Shown: positions 34,099 through 42,614 of the stretch, one piece after another | Layout: every line of letters starts with the position of its first letter | How positions within the stretch are numbered: the stretch's first letter is position 1 | NCBI GenBank assembly: GCA_963682135.1 | Contig: OY821645.1 | Coordinates: forward strand, 2,016,001-2,080,000 | Source: Methanothrix sp. | GTDB lineage: Archaea > Halobacteriota > Methanosarcinia > Methanotrichales > Methanotrichaceae | Direction: 5' to 3' | Length of the DNA: 64,000 bases | Position numbers and translations under genes: made by a program | Notes under the pieces: generated by a model | What the model was told of the DNA's origin: nothing | Seen by the model: the letters and a program-made list of their open reading frames with translations, nothing else | The model's database searches: none

Positions 34099-34417
34099 AT
34101 GATGATCATTTGGATGCTTGCAGGTGGCTCTATAATCGGCTTCTCGAAGATCTGAATGATGCTAAAGAGAACGGCCATAATAACGGTATGCATCGCAGCA
34201 TTCATGACGCATCCTGGTCAAAGTTCATATTCATGCTTTCGTACGAGGCTCAAAGCGCTGGTCGAAAGCTGATAAAAGTGGGTCCCAGGAACATACTCCT
34301 CACAGGGATGGAACAGCCCGTAGCGCCCATAGAACTAAAACCGCTACATCACATAACAGTGATGCAAGTATTGGCGATGAAGTGGGAAGCCGCGCCCTTC
34401 AGGACGCGGTAGTTCAC
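34099..34417 (+). mobile_element. tnpB: Internally deleted IS200/IS605-family tnpB remnant with intact right end
   Basis: DACRWLYN, RSIHDASW..F..ML.Y.A...G, C-terminal MKWEAAPF; right-end hairpin CCGCG..CGCGG followed by TTCAC. Confidence 0.85.
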
Positions 34418-35088
34418 GCGAGCCTCCATTGAGGATTGATCGCATCTAGGTATTGAAATTCATCGAAGCTGTAGGGTGCGGAGTAGTACTCGGGATCCTT
34501 CATTACTCCGTAGTAGCTATCGACTGCAAGCCAGGCATTTGGATGGTCTTTATCCTCTACAGCTACCCAGATATGGCCCTGGGAGTCAAATCCGCTGGGA
34601 TTATACAGGAATATAACTTTGCATCCAAAATCCCTGTAAGTGCCATCCAGCTTTTGGGAACCGTCATAGCACATTCCCAGAGGCGTCACGGGAAACATGG
34701 TGTATCTACTGATTTTCTTGATAAATTCGGCATTATCAGTCATGCTGTAAGTAGCGTTGATTCTGATGGCGTCGCTTGATATCACCTGGACCGGTCCGGT
34801 CTTGGCGGTGGGGGGAGTCATCCACAGATCTGCAAGTCTTGGCGATGCGCCGTTAGGTGTGAGATAAACCTCTTTGCCGACCTTTAGCTTGACGGTGACA
34901 TAGGATTGATCCGGTGCAGGTTGTGCGTCATAACCATGTGTTGCAAGAAAGAATGCTAAATCTTTCATTGTGATGCCGATATCCTCATAGCTGGATAGGA
35001 GCAGCCACAGATCATTCTCCTCAGATGCCTGGCAGGCTGGGGCGAATAGAATCAGGAGCATTAATATCAGAAGGACTTTTCCTCTCAA
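34414..35088 (-). CDS. Secreted hypothetical protein (possible papain/transglutaminase-like C-H-D triad)
   Basis: Signal peptide, TTG start with RBS GAGGT; GMCYD, GHIWV, AVDSY. Confidence 0.7.
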   Translation of the reverse strand: MRGKVLLILMLLILFAPACQASEENDLWLLLSSYEDIGITMKDLAFFLATHGYDAQPAPDQSYVTVKLKVGKEVYLTPNGASPRLADLWMTPPTAKTGPVQVISSDAIRINATYSMTDNAEFIKKISRYTMFPVTPLGMCYDGSQKLDGTYRDFGCKVIFLYNPSGFDSQGHIWVAVEDKDHPNAWLAVDSYYGVMKDPEYYSAPYSFDEFQYLDAINPQWRLA

Positions 35089-35341
35089 CTCTACCTCGAA
35101 TTGCCTATATCCTGGCGACGCAGTTTTGTTTTCAGCATTTATGTAAAGGGCCGCGTCTATAAAGATTTATTGTTTTTTCTTTAAGTAAGATCTAATGTAG
35201 GATTGCCGTTTATCGGGACAACAAGCCGTATGTCATTTATTTCTGCAAAGAAACGCCCGTTATAAATTCTCAGGCTGATCAATATTAATAGCCAATGCTA
35301 TTCGAGACTGAATGAAAAATAAAAAATGCCTAGCGGCGCCC

Positions 35342-35443
35342 TTAGACGTTGAACAAGCTAGTCAAGAAGGCGAGAGGCACTAAGAATAGTATTACGAACC
35401 CGATAACCATCAAACCGATTGCCAGCCCATTTCCACCTGCCAT
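35342..35443 (-). CDS. Unannotated 33-aa single-TM protein MAGGNGLAIGLMVIGFVILFLVPLAFLTSLFNV
   Basis: ATG preceded by AGGAGG, clean hydrophobic helix, TAA followed by a T-rich tract on the minus strand. Confidence 0.7.
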   Translation of the reverse strand: MAGGNGLAIGLMVIGFVILFLVPLAFLTSLFNV

Positions 35444-35561
35444 GAAGATCCTCCTACTGCATATTCTTTGCTTTCCCCTTGGAAGAGGTAATATTAATTA
35501 CTGTCGGACCCGAGGGGAAAGGCCAATACATTTAACTATCAATACCGGCAAGATTTATATC

Positions 35562-36662
35562 GTGCGATCTATCCAAAAGAGCCAAAGCAAGGCACAGGGG
35601 GCGAAACTGGAGAAGCGAAAAGCAATCGGTGCAAGATTTGTGCTCTTGCGACCGGCGGGCTACCCACTGAAGAGCATATTTCAGGAGCATCCTGTCGTCT
35701 CTGACCCCAAGCTATTCGAGCTTTATGCTCAAGAACAGTGGTATGGAGAGAAACTGCTCTCGGGGAGCTATCTATTCGATAGCAGGCTTTATCCGGACTT
35801 TGCCTTCCAGGTGGTTAAAGTCTACCCCAAATATTCGGTGATGGGCTCACAGACTACCATTAAGGTGGAGGCCAAGGCGGAGCCCAAGAATACTGTAGTG
35901 TACGATGTAAGCTTTGATGATGTTATCGGCCAGGAGACGGCTAAGCGCAAGGTCAAGATTGTAGAGAAATTCCTGGCAGATCCTGAGAAATTTGGGCGGT
36001 GGGCACCGCGCAACATTCTGTTTTACGGAGTCTCAGGTACCGGAAAGACCATGATCGCAAAAGCGCTCTCCGCCAAGACGGGGGTGCCGATGCTGGCGGT
36101 CAAGTCCACCAGCCTGATCGGTGAATTTGTGGGTGAAGGGGCCAGGCAGATTCACAGTCTCTATGAAAAAGCCGCGGAAAGCGCGCCGTGTATCATATTC
36201 ATCGATGAGCTGGATGCTATTGCCCTCGACCGAAGATATCAGGATTTGAGAGGCGATGTCTCGGAGATCGTCAACTCTCTCCTGACAGAGATGGACGGCA
36301 TCTCCAATCGAAAGGGAATTTGCACCATCGCGGCCACCAACCAGATCGAGGTTCTGGATGCATCGGTGCGGTCGCGTTTCGAGGAGGAGATTGAGTTTCG
36401 GCTTCCTAACCGGGAGGAGCGCCTGCTTCTCTTGGAGAAGAATGCCGCCACTATGCCGCTGGCGATGGAAAACGTGTCTCTGAGCGAGATTGCTCGCCAG
36501 ACCGAGGGCTTCTCAGGACGCGATCTGGTGGAGAAGGTGCTCAAGGCTGCGCTGCACCATGCCATCATGGATGAGTGCAATATCACACAACGGCATCTGG
36601 AAGAGACCATTCCCAAGGCCAGAAAGGAGTATCGCCAGCCTCCCAGAGAGATGTTCTCCTAA
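35562..36662 (+). CDS. Archaeal AAA+ ATPase (COG1223-like)
   Basis: GTG start VRSIQK; RPAGYPL N-domain, GVSGTGKT, FIDELD, AATN, RSRF. Confidence 0.88.
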   Translation: MRSIQKSQSKAQGAKLEKRKAIGARFVLLRPAGYPLKSIFQEHPVVSDPKLFELYAQEQWYGEKLLSGSYLFDSRLYPDFAFQVVKVYPKYSVMGSQTTIKVEAKAEPKNTVVYDVSFDDVIGQETAKRKVKIVEKFLADPEKFGRWAPRNILFYGVSGTGKTMIAKALSAKTGVPMLAVKSTSLIGEFVGEGARQIHSLYEKAAESAPCIIFIDELDAIALDRRYQDLRGDVSEIVNSLLTEMDGISNRKGICTIAATNQIEVLDASVRSRFEEEIEFRLPNREERLLLLEKNAATMPLAMENVSLSEIARQTEGFSGRDLVEKVLKAALHHAIMDECNITQRHLEETIPKARKEYRQPPREMFS

Positions 36663-36682
36663 ATTAGAGAAAAGGACTTACC

Positions 36683-37186
36683 ATGTGGCAGGAGATTTTA
36701 GATAAGTTTCGGAGATTCCCGGCTCAGGAGAAGGTCATTCGTCTCATTTTGCAGAGGGGCTTTCAGATCAACGATGCCTCTCGCGTTGTCTCGGGCGGGA
36801 TAGAGATTCCTCACGCCCAGATCGCCAAGGAGCTGGATGTGGACCGGCGCGTGGTGGACACCACGGCGCAGGCCATTCGCGATGATGAAAAATTATGGAA
36901 GGTCTTCAAGAATGTGCGCTCCATGACCTTCCTGGGTGACGTGGCCCCCATTTTGGGCCTGGGTGTGATAGAGATTACTCCCATCAATGCTGCCAAGACC
37001 GGCCTCTTGGGTAATGTGGCCAGCGCCGTGGCCAATAGCGGCCTATCCATCCGCCAGGCCGTATCCGACGATCCATATTTTGTGGAAAGCCCCAAGCTGA
37101 CCCTCATCACGGAAGGCAAAATTCCCGGCGACCTGGTGCGCCTGCTCACGGAGATTGAGGGTGTGAAGAAGGTAACGGTGTATTAG
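36683..37186 (+). CDS. ACT-domain regulator of amino acid metabolism (COG2150-like)
   Basis: FPAQEKV, IAKELDVDRRVV HTH-like segment, C-terminal ACT SIRQAVSDDP. Confidence 0.82.
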   Translation: MWQEILDKFRRFPAQEKVIRLILQRGFQINDASRVVSGGIEIPHAQIAKELDVDRRVVDTTAQAIRDDEKLWKVFKNVRSMTFLGDVAPILGLGVIEITPINAAKTGLLGNVASAVANSGLSIRQAVSDDPYFVESPKLTLITEGKIPGDLVRLLTEIEGVKKVTVY

Positions 37187-37240
37187 CGAGGCCTGGGGCA
37201 AATTCGACACGAATCTTCAAGTGTATTCTCTAAATCTGAA

Positions 37241-38170
37241 TCATATGCAATTGTCTCGATTGCCTAATCCTGACCTTAAGATCCCGAGCAGCTCGCAGGC
37301 TTTGCACAGTTCCTTGACGCAGGGCTCGTCGCACTGCCGACATGCTGCCAGGTCTATCTGGGCATAGCTGCCCTGCGCCTTCGCCGCGATCTTTTCAAAT
37401 CCCTGCACAGTGGACTGCTTGGTGCCGGGAAACCGGCTCTCCAGGCTATTGAGCATGTCTCTTACATCTGCACGTAGAGAAAGCTGAGCATAGGGGCACT
37501 CCCGTGACTCTGTGAAGACTTCGTTTACCATGCAGTAAAGGGCGATCTCCTTTTCCGGCATCTCTCGCAGCGGCTTGATGCGAGGCACCAGCCCCTTCCG
37601 GGCTCGCCAGGGCCGAAAACGCATCAGCCTCTCAATGTCGCCTTTGAGATAATTCATCACAATGGTCTGTGCTTCATCGTCAAGGTTATGGCCGGTGGCG
37701 ACTTTATCAGCCCCCAGGCGTTTGGCAGCCCGGTTGAGGGCGTTCTTGCGAAAGACACCGCAATAGGTGCAGGGCGCAACCTTCTTGCCCGGCACCATCT
37801 CATCCAGCTCGTAGCCATACTCTTCCCGGAAGGAGACGATATGCTGCTCAATTCCGAGCTTCTGTGCAATAGCTTTCGCCGCCTCGATGGTGTCATCCCG
37901 ATAGCCGGCGATGCCCTCGTCCACGGTGACGGCTACCAGCTCCACATCCCTTTTTGCCAAAATCCGCCGCAGGCAAAAGAGCAGAGCGGTGCTGTCTTTC
38001 CCCCCGCTCACGGCCACAGCGATGCGCTCGCCGTCCCTGACCATGTTATTTTTCTGCAAAGTCTCTGCCACTCTTCTCTCAAAATCCTGGACGAAGTGGT
38101 CCCGGCAGAGGTGTTGGCCGGAGTAACGCTGGGAGACAATGGCCCTCTCACTGCATTTGGTGCAGATCAT
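37241..38170 (-). CDS. ncsA: tRNA 2-thiolation protein NcsA/TtuA (TIGR00269)
   Basis: N- and C-terminal Zn fingers, SGGKDS PP-loop, CTYCGVFR, GHNLDD, ECPY. Confidence 0.9.
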   Translation of the reverse strand: MICTKCSERAIVSQRYSGQHLCRDHFVQDFERRVAETLQKNNMVRDGERIAVAVSGGKDSTALLFCLRRILAKRDVELVAVTVDEGIAGYRDDTIEAAKAIAQKLGIEQHIVSFREEYGYELDEMVPGKKVAPCTYCGVFRKNALNRAAKRLGADKVATGHNLDDEAQTIVMNYLKGDIERLMRFRPWRARKGLVPRIKPLREMPEKEIALYCMVNEVFTESRECPYAQLSLRADVRDMLNSLESRFPGTKQSTVQGFEKIAAKAQGSYAQIDLAACRQCDEPCVKELCKACELLGILRSGLGNRDNCI

Positions 38171-38206
38171 GCCGACGCCCGCAACCATTTGGCTTGCATG
38201 GTCGTT

Positions 38207-38234
38207 CTTTGTGTCTTTGTGCCTTTGTGGTGAG
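38207..38234. repeat. Triple 8-nt repeat CTTTGTGT/CTTTGTGC/CTTTGTGG-TGAG
   Basis: Read directly; same architecture as 13856-13882. Confidence 0.6.
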
Positions 38235-38266
38235 GCGCATCGCAAATATTCCCACGAAAGGCGCCT

Positions 38267-39025
38267 TCAGTCAATGGCAAATCTCTCCCGGCAGGTATAA
38301 ACGGAGAGCCTCTTTCCCCGCAGAAAACCGATGATGCATAGATTCGTCCTCTCGGCGATGGAGATGGCCAGGCTGGTAGTGGCTCCCCGCGAGACAATGA
38401 TGGGAATGCCGGCCACTGAGCACTTGAGTGCCATGTCGGAAGATACCCGGCCTGTGCAGGCCACAAAGGTTTGGCCGAAATCGAAATATTGCCTCTGGAG
38501 TAGCGCATAGCCGATGGCTTTGTCCAGGGCATTGTGCCTGCCTATGTCCTCGATGATGCAGATTGGCCCGTCTTCTGCAAAGAGGCCAACGGAATGCACC
38601 CCCCCCGTGGCTATGTGCGTCTCGGAGAGCGAGATGGCCCCCATGGCCTCCTGGGCCTGCATTCTGTCTATTCTCAGATTCGAGTTGATCTCAGGAAGCT
38701 TGGACTCATCCAGAAAGGAAGCAATTCCGCCGCAACCGCTCACGATGGGCCGACGGGGGACGATCGCCCGCATGGGATGGGCAACAATGGCGCGAGCCAC
38801 ATTGCCCTCGATCTCCAGAGACTCGATCTCTTGCGGTCCGCAAATAATTCTCTCGGCAAAAAGGTGGCCGTAAACAAACTCCTTTCTCATATGGGGGCTG
38901 GTCATGGCGGTTACGAAATGCCGGCCGTTGATGAAGATGGAGAGCGGCACCTCTTCCACCACCTGGCAGATCGCTTCCCCGGCATTGCCGCCATCCAGCC
39001 TTAGACACTTGTACTCTTTGATCAT
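38267..39025 (-). CDS. fdhD: Formate dehydrogenase accessory sulfurtransferase FdhD
   Basis: EEVPL, SGCG, TGGVH, EDIGRHNALDKAIG, TGRVS. Confidence 0.92.
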   Translation of the reverse strand: MIKEYKCLRLDGGNAGEAICQVVEEVPLSIFINGRHFVTAMTSPHMRKEFVYGHLFAERIICGPQEIESLEIEGNVARAIVAHPMRAIVPRRPIVSGCGGIASFLDESKLPEINSNLRIDRMQAQEAMGAISLSETHIATGGVHSVGLFAEDGPICIIEDIGRHNALDKAIGYALLQRQYFDFGQTFVACTGRVSSDMALKCSVAGIPIIVSRGATTSLAISIAERTNLCIIGFLRGKRLSVYTCRERFAID

Positions 39026-39043
39026 TCCTCGCTGTTCCCCCGG

Positions 39044-40243
39044 CTATGCCATCCTGGCTATCTGTTCCAGCGTTGCCAGCAGCTTTTCAATCTCTTCTTC
39101 GGTGTTATAAAGGTAAAGCGAGGCGCGCACGGTGCCGTATTTTAGCCCAAGATGCTTCATTAAGGGAATACAGCAGTGATGGCCGGAACGAACGCATATA
39201 TTCGAGGCCTGATCAAGCATGAGGGCCACCTCGTGAGGCAAGAGGCCTTCCACTGCAAAGGATACCACGCCGCCTCGCGCCTGCCGACCTGAGCCGGTGC
39301 CCGGGCCATAGACCTTTACTCCTTCTATCTCCTGCAAGCCTTCCAGCAGTTTTTTGGTAAGCGATTGCTCATGATGGTGGATATTCTCAACGCCCACCCG
39401 GGTGAGGTAGTCCACGGCAGCGCCTAGGCCAATGCCTGCCGAGATGTCGGGCGTGCCGGCTTCAAAGCCCTCATAGCCCTTCTTGATATCATACCCGTCT
39501 TCGCCTACATCCTGTACCATGCCTCCGCCCACCAGGAGCGGCTCGATCTCCCCTTCCTTCCTGATCCAGAGAACGCCGCTGCCCAAGGGCGCGAGCATCT
39601 TGTGCCCGGAAAAGCAGAGGAAATCGCAATCGATATCATCAACGTCAATGGGCATGTGAGGCACGGACTGGGCGCCGTCCACCAGCAATGCTGCGCCCCG
39701 CTCCCGGCAGATCTTGCTGATCTCCTTTACAGGAAGGACCGTTCCCAGGGCATTGGAGAGCTGGCTTACAGCCACCAGCCGGGTGCCTTTGGTTATCGCT
39801 TTTTCATATTCTGCCGGATCGATCATTCCCGTTTGGTCCGGCTTTATGATCTTTAGCTCTACGCCTTTCTCTCTCAGTCTCATCCAGGGTAAAAGATTGG
39901 AGTGATGCTCCTGAAGGGTAGTGACGATGCGCTCCCCCTTCTTCCACCGAAGGCCGCGAGCGACGATATTGATGGACTCGGTGGTGTTCCTGGTGAAGAT
40001 CGTCATGCCTTCCTTTCCGGACGCGCCTATGAACTCAGCCGTTTTTCGATGAGCGTCCCGAAAGCGCTGGTCGGCGAGCTGCGCCATGCGGTAAACGCCC
40101 CGGCCCACATTGGCCTTGTAGCTATGGTAATAATCCAGGACCGCCTCTAAAACCGGTTGGGGAGTTAGGCTGGTGGAGGCGCTGTCCAGATAGATGACAT
40201 CCTTGAGCAAGGGAAAATCCGCTCTTATCTCCTGAATGTCCAT
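39044..40243 (-). CDS. sufS: Cysteine desulfurase (SufS/CsdA group II)
   Basis: YLDSAST, EHHSN, DGAQS, SGHKM, FEAGTP, VRSGHHC. Confidence 0.93.
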   Translation of the reverse strand: MDIQEIRADFPLLKDVIYLDSASTSLTPQPVLEAVLDYYHSYKANVGRGVYRMAQLADQRFRDAHRKTAEFIGASGKEGMTIFTRNTTESINIVARGLRWKKGERIVTTLQEHHSNLLPWMRLREKGVELKIIKPDQTGMIDPAEYEKAITKGTRLVAVSQLSNALGTVLPVKEISKICRERGAALLVDGAQSVPHMPIDVDDIDCDFLCFSGHKMLAPLGSGVLWIRKEGEIEPLLVGGGMVQDVGEDGYDIKKGYEGFEAGTPDISAGIGLGAAVDYLTRVGVENIHHHEQSLTKKLLEGLQEIEGVKVYGPGTGSGRQARGGVVSFAVEGLLPHEVALMLDQASNICVRSGHHCCIPLMKHLGLKYGTVRASLYLYNTEEEIEKLLATLEQIARMA

Positions 40244-40253
40244 AGAACCTCTT

Positions 40254-41066
40254 TCATAAGACCTCTTTGATGAGACCCTCGTCCATGCTCCCGCTGCGAA
40301 AGCCCTGCAGATCCAGGGCGACATAGTCAAACCCAATGGCTTTGAGCGTCCTGGCGATCTCATCGCGACAATTCAGGCCCCTGGCCATATCCTGTTTTAA
40401 CAGCTCAATTCGGGCCAGGCGTCTGTGGAATCTCACCCGAAGCTGCAAAAAGCCCAGGCTCTTCAGGTATTCTTCCGCCTCTTCCACCATTCTCAAGCTC
40501 TCCGACGTGATCGGCTGGCCATAAGGTATTCGGGAGGCGAGGCAGGCCGCTGAAGGTTTGTTCCAGAGGGCCAGGCCCAGGTTACGAGCCAGGGCGCGAA
40601 TATCCTCTTTGGTTATAGCCGCATCCACAAAAGGGTGCCAGATTCCTTCTTCATCACAGGCGGCAATTCCGGGCCGATAGTCCCGGAAATCGGAGAGGTT
40701 GACACCATCAGCGATGCAGCCTATGCCTTCCTCTCTGGCGATGCTCTTTAAAACCGCGGCAGACCTTTTCTTGCAGATGTAGCAGCGCGTGACCGGATTA
40801 GTGCAAAATTGCTCATCTTTCAGGATGGGAAATTCTGCTACTCGGTAATTGAGCCCCAGGGATCTTGCTTGCTCCTTTGCACTCAATAGCTCGCTTCTGG
40901 GCATGACAATGCTGTCCAGGATCACGGCCAGAGCATTGCCGCCCAGAGCATCATGTGCCACCCTGGCCAAAAGGCTGCTGTCCACGCCGCCGGAGTAGGC
41001 CACCAGGAGATTTCCTTTCTCTGCAATCCTCTTTTTCAGGTCTTCCAGCTTATCGGCCTGATTCAT
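40254..41066 (-). CDS. larE: ATP-dependent sulfur transferase LarE (TIGR00268), CxxC type
   Basis: AYSGGVDS, RCYICK, DYRPG, PSAACLASRIPYG, FRSGSM. Confidence 0.9.
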   Translation of the reverse strand: MNQADKLEDLKKRIAEKGNLLVAYSGGVDSSLLARVAHDALGGNALAVILDSIVMPRSELLSAKEQARSLGLNYRVAEFPILKDEQFCTNPVTRCYICKKRSAAVLKSIAREEGIGCIADGVNLSDFRDYRPGIAACDEEGIWHPFVDAAITKEDIRALARNLGLALWNKPSAACLASRIPYGQPITSESLRMVEEAEEYLKSLGFLQLRVRFHRRLARIELLKQDMARGLNCRDEIARTLKAIGFDYVALDLQGFRSGSMDEGLIKEVL

Positions 41067-41067
41067 T

Positions 41068-41400
41068 TCACAGTCCCTTGCATTTGGTGGAGATGCACGC
41101 TGCATCATCATCTTGCAGCATTCGGCAGATCTGGCAGATCCTGGGCACGAGTTCATTGCCTTTTACCCTTTCCTCGATCAGGTCGTCGGCAAGCGCTCCT
41201 ATGGACTGGCGGATGTCTTCTCTAAATTCGATATTGTAGCCTCTTTTCTTGGAGACGTACTGGGACACAGCCGGAGGCGTAATGCCCAGCATCCTGGAGA
41301 CCTCTTTTTGGGATATTCCTCTCTTAATCAGCTCTTCGGCGATTGCCGCCCTGATGCTGGGCAGGATATCCCATACGATCTGTTCACATGGCGATTTCAT
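41068..41400 (-). CDS. HTH transcriptional regulator (COG2522-like) with Cys-rich tail
   Basis: MKSPCE, SQKEVSRMLGITPPAVSQYVSKKRG, ICQIC. Confidence 0.85.
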   Translation of the reverse strand: MKSPCEQIVWDILPSIRAAIAEELIKRGISQKEVSRMLGITPPAVSQYVSKKRGYNIEFREDIRQSIGALADDLIEERVKGNELVPRICQICRMLQDDDAACISTKCKGL

Positions 41401-41433
41401 TTGCGTTGGACCCTCAAATTAGCGAATCATTCG

Positions 41434-41474
41434 ATTGATTACAATTGTTAACCAATGGCTATACATGTATATAA
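41434..41474 (-). promoter_or_regulatory. Promoter/operator of the sulfur operon
   Basis: Minus-strand TTATATAC TATA overlapping the palindrome TATACATGTATA (41460-41471); palindrome ACAATTGT (41441-41448). Confidence 0.5.
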
Positions 41475-41689
41475 TCTTGCCATAATCATATGAATTTAAT
41501 CCTTGCGTTATTGCCACCAAGGATGAAAGAATCCTAGGCGATATTTAGAGAGAATGCCGCCAGGGTTGAATATGCACTCATGCGGTAGGTATTTATGTAT
41601 GTATCATTTATTTATAGAAGAGTAAGCCATACTTAGGCCGATCATTGCTAAGACATTTATTCAGTAAAACAGCAAATGATAGTATTAAT

Positions 41690-42592
41690 ATGTTCCAATA
41701 CAGGCAGATCAGAGGACCAGTTCTGATGATGCTGGTCATCCTAATAGCGGTACAGCTAATAGCTATTGCTATAACGCAACCAATAAAAGAAAGCTTTGAA
41801 CGTGGCGATGTCCCACCGCCGATTTCTGAAAGTACATCATCAACAGAAATCTCGAATGATATTATTATATTTATGATTGTCATTATGGCCTATACAGCGC
41901 TTCTTATTCTGGCAGCCAAGCTAAAAAATCCTTGGCTGCTAAATGGTCTTATTCTGCTATCAATGGGGATTTGCATTGATTATGTGCTAATGATTTACTT
42001 GCCTGAAATAAACTATTTGCCCGAAACGGCCAACACTCCACTCATTGCCCTCATCTCCACATTTGCATTATTATTGCTGATGAAGATGTATCCTCGATGG
42101 TATGTCATAGATCTAATCTGCATCATGATTTGCGCAGGAATCAGCACCATATACGGCATCAATATGAACATATATACGGCAATTTTTTTGCTGATAATCA
42201 TGGCCATTTATGATATTATCTCTGTATATAAAACAAGGCATATGGAATATTTGGCCCAGGCGATGATCAGGATAAAGGCACCATTGATCTTTGTTCTGCC
42301 CAGGAGTAAGAGTCACAGCCCTGGAAGACATAATGATTCGGCCCAATCTGATGATGGCAAAATGACCCCGCCATTCTTTTTAGGGCTGGGAGATGCCATA
42401 ATTCCCACAATGCTTGTCGTATCTGTTTATCATAATAATGTGGGACCCCTTCCCATGCTGGGCGCGATGCTCGGAACCTATCTTGGATTTATTATTCTGA
42501 TGACTGCATTATCTGATCGAATGCATGCAGGTCTTCCTTTTCTAAATGGTGGCGCAATTCTCGGGTACTTTTTAGGGTGTATCCTTTCGTGA
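41690..42592 (+). CDS. Presenilin/SPP-family intramembrane aspartyl protease (PSH)
   Basis: Multi-TM; YD (AIYDIISVYKTRHM), GLGD and AGLPFLN motifs. Confidence 0.9.
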   Translation: MFQYRQIRGPVLMMLVILIAVQLIAIAITQPIKESFERGDVPPPISESTSSTEISNDIIIFMIVIMAYTALLILAAKLKNPWLLNGLILLSMGICIDYVLMIYLPEINYLPETANTPLIALISTFALLLLMKMYPRWYVIDLICIMICAGISTIYGINMNIYTAIFLLIIMAIYDIISVYKTRHMEYLAQAMIRIKAPLIFVLPRSKSHSPGRHNDSAQSDDGKMTPPFFLGLGDAIIPTMLVVSVYHNNVGPLPMLGAMLGTYLGFIILMTALSDRMHAGLPFLNGGAILGYFLGCILS

Positions 42593-42614
42593 TGCGGGCT
42601 TTCCTGTTTTATAT

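Noticed and set aside
35349-35561. N-terminal extension of the AAA ATPase in the ORF track
   Set aside because: Overlaps the small minus-strand gene and promoter; the GTG at 35562 is more plausible
41540-41575. Possible att duplication of the tRNA-Met 3' end
   Set aside because: Only about 6 nt (ATGCCG) match; not significant
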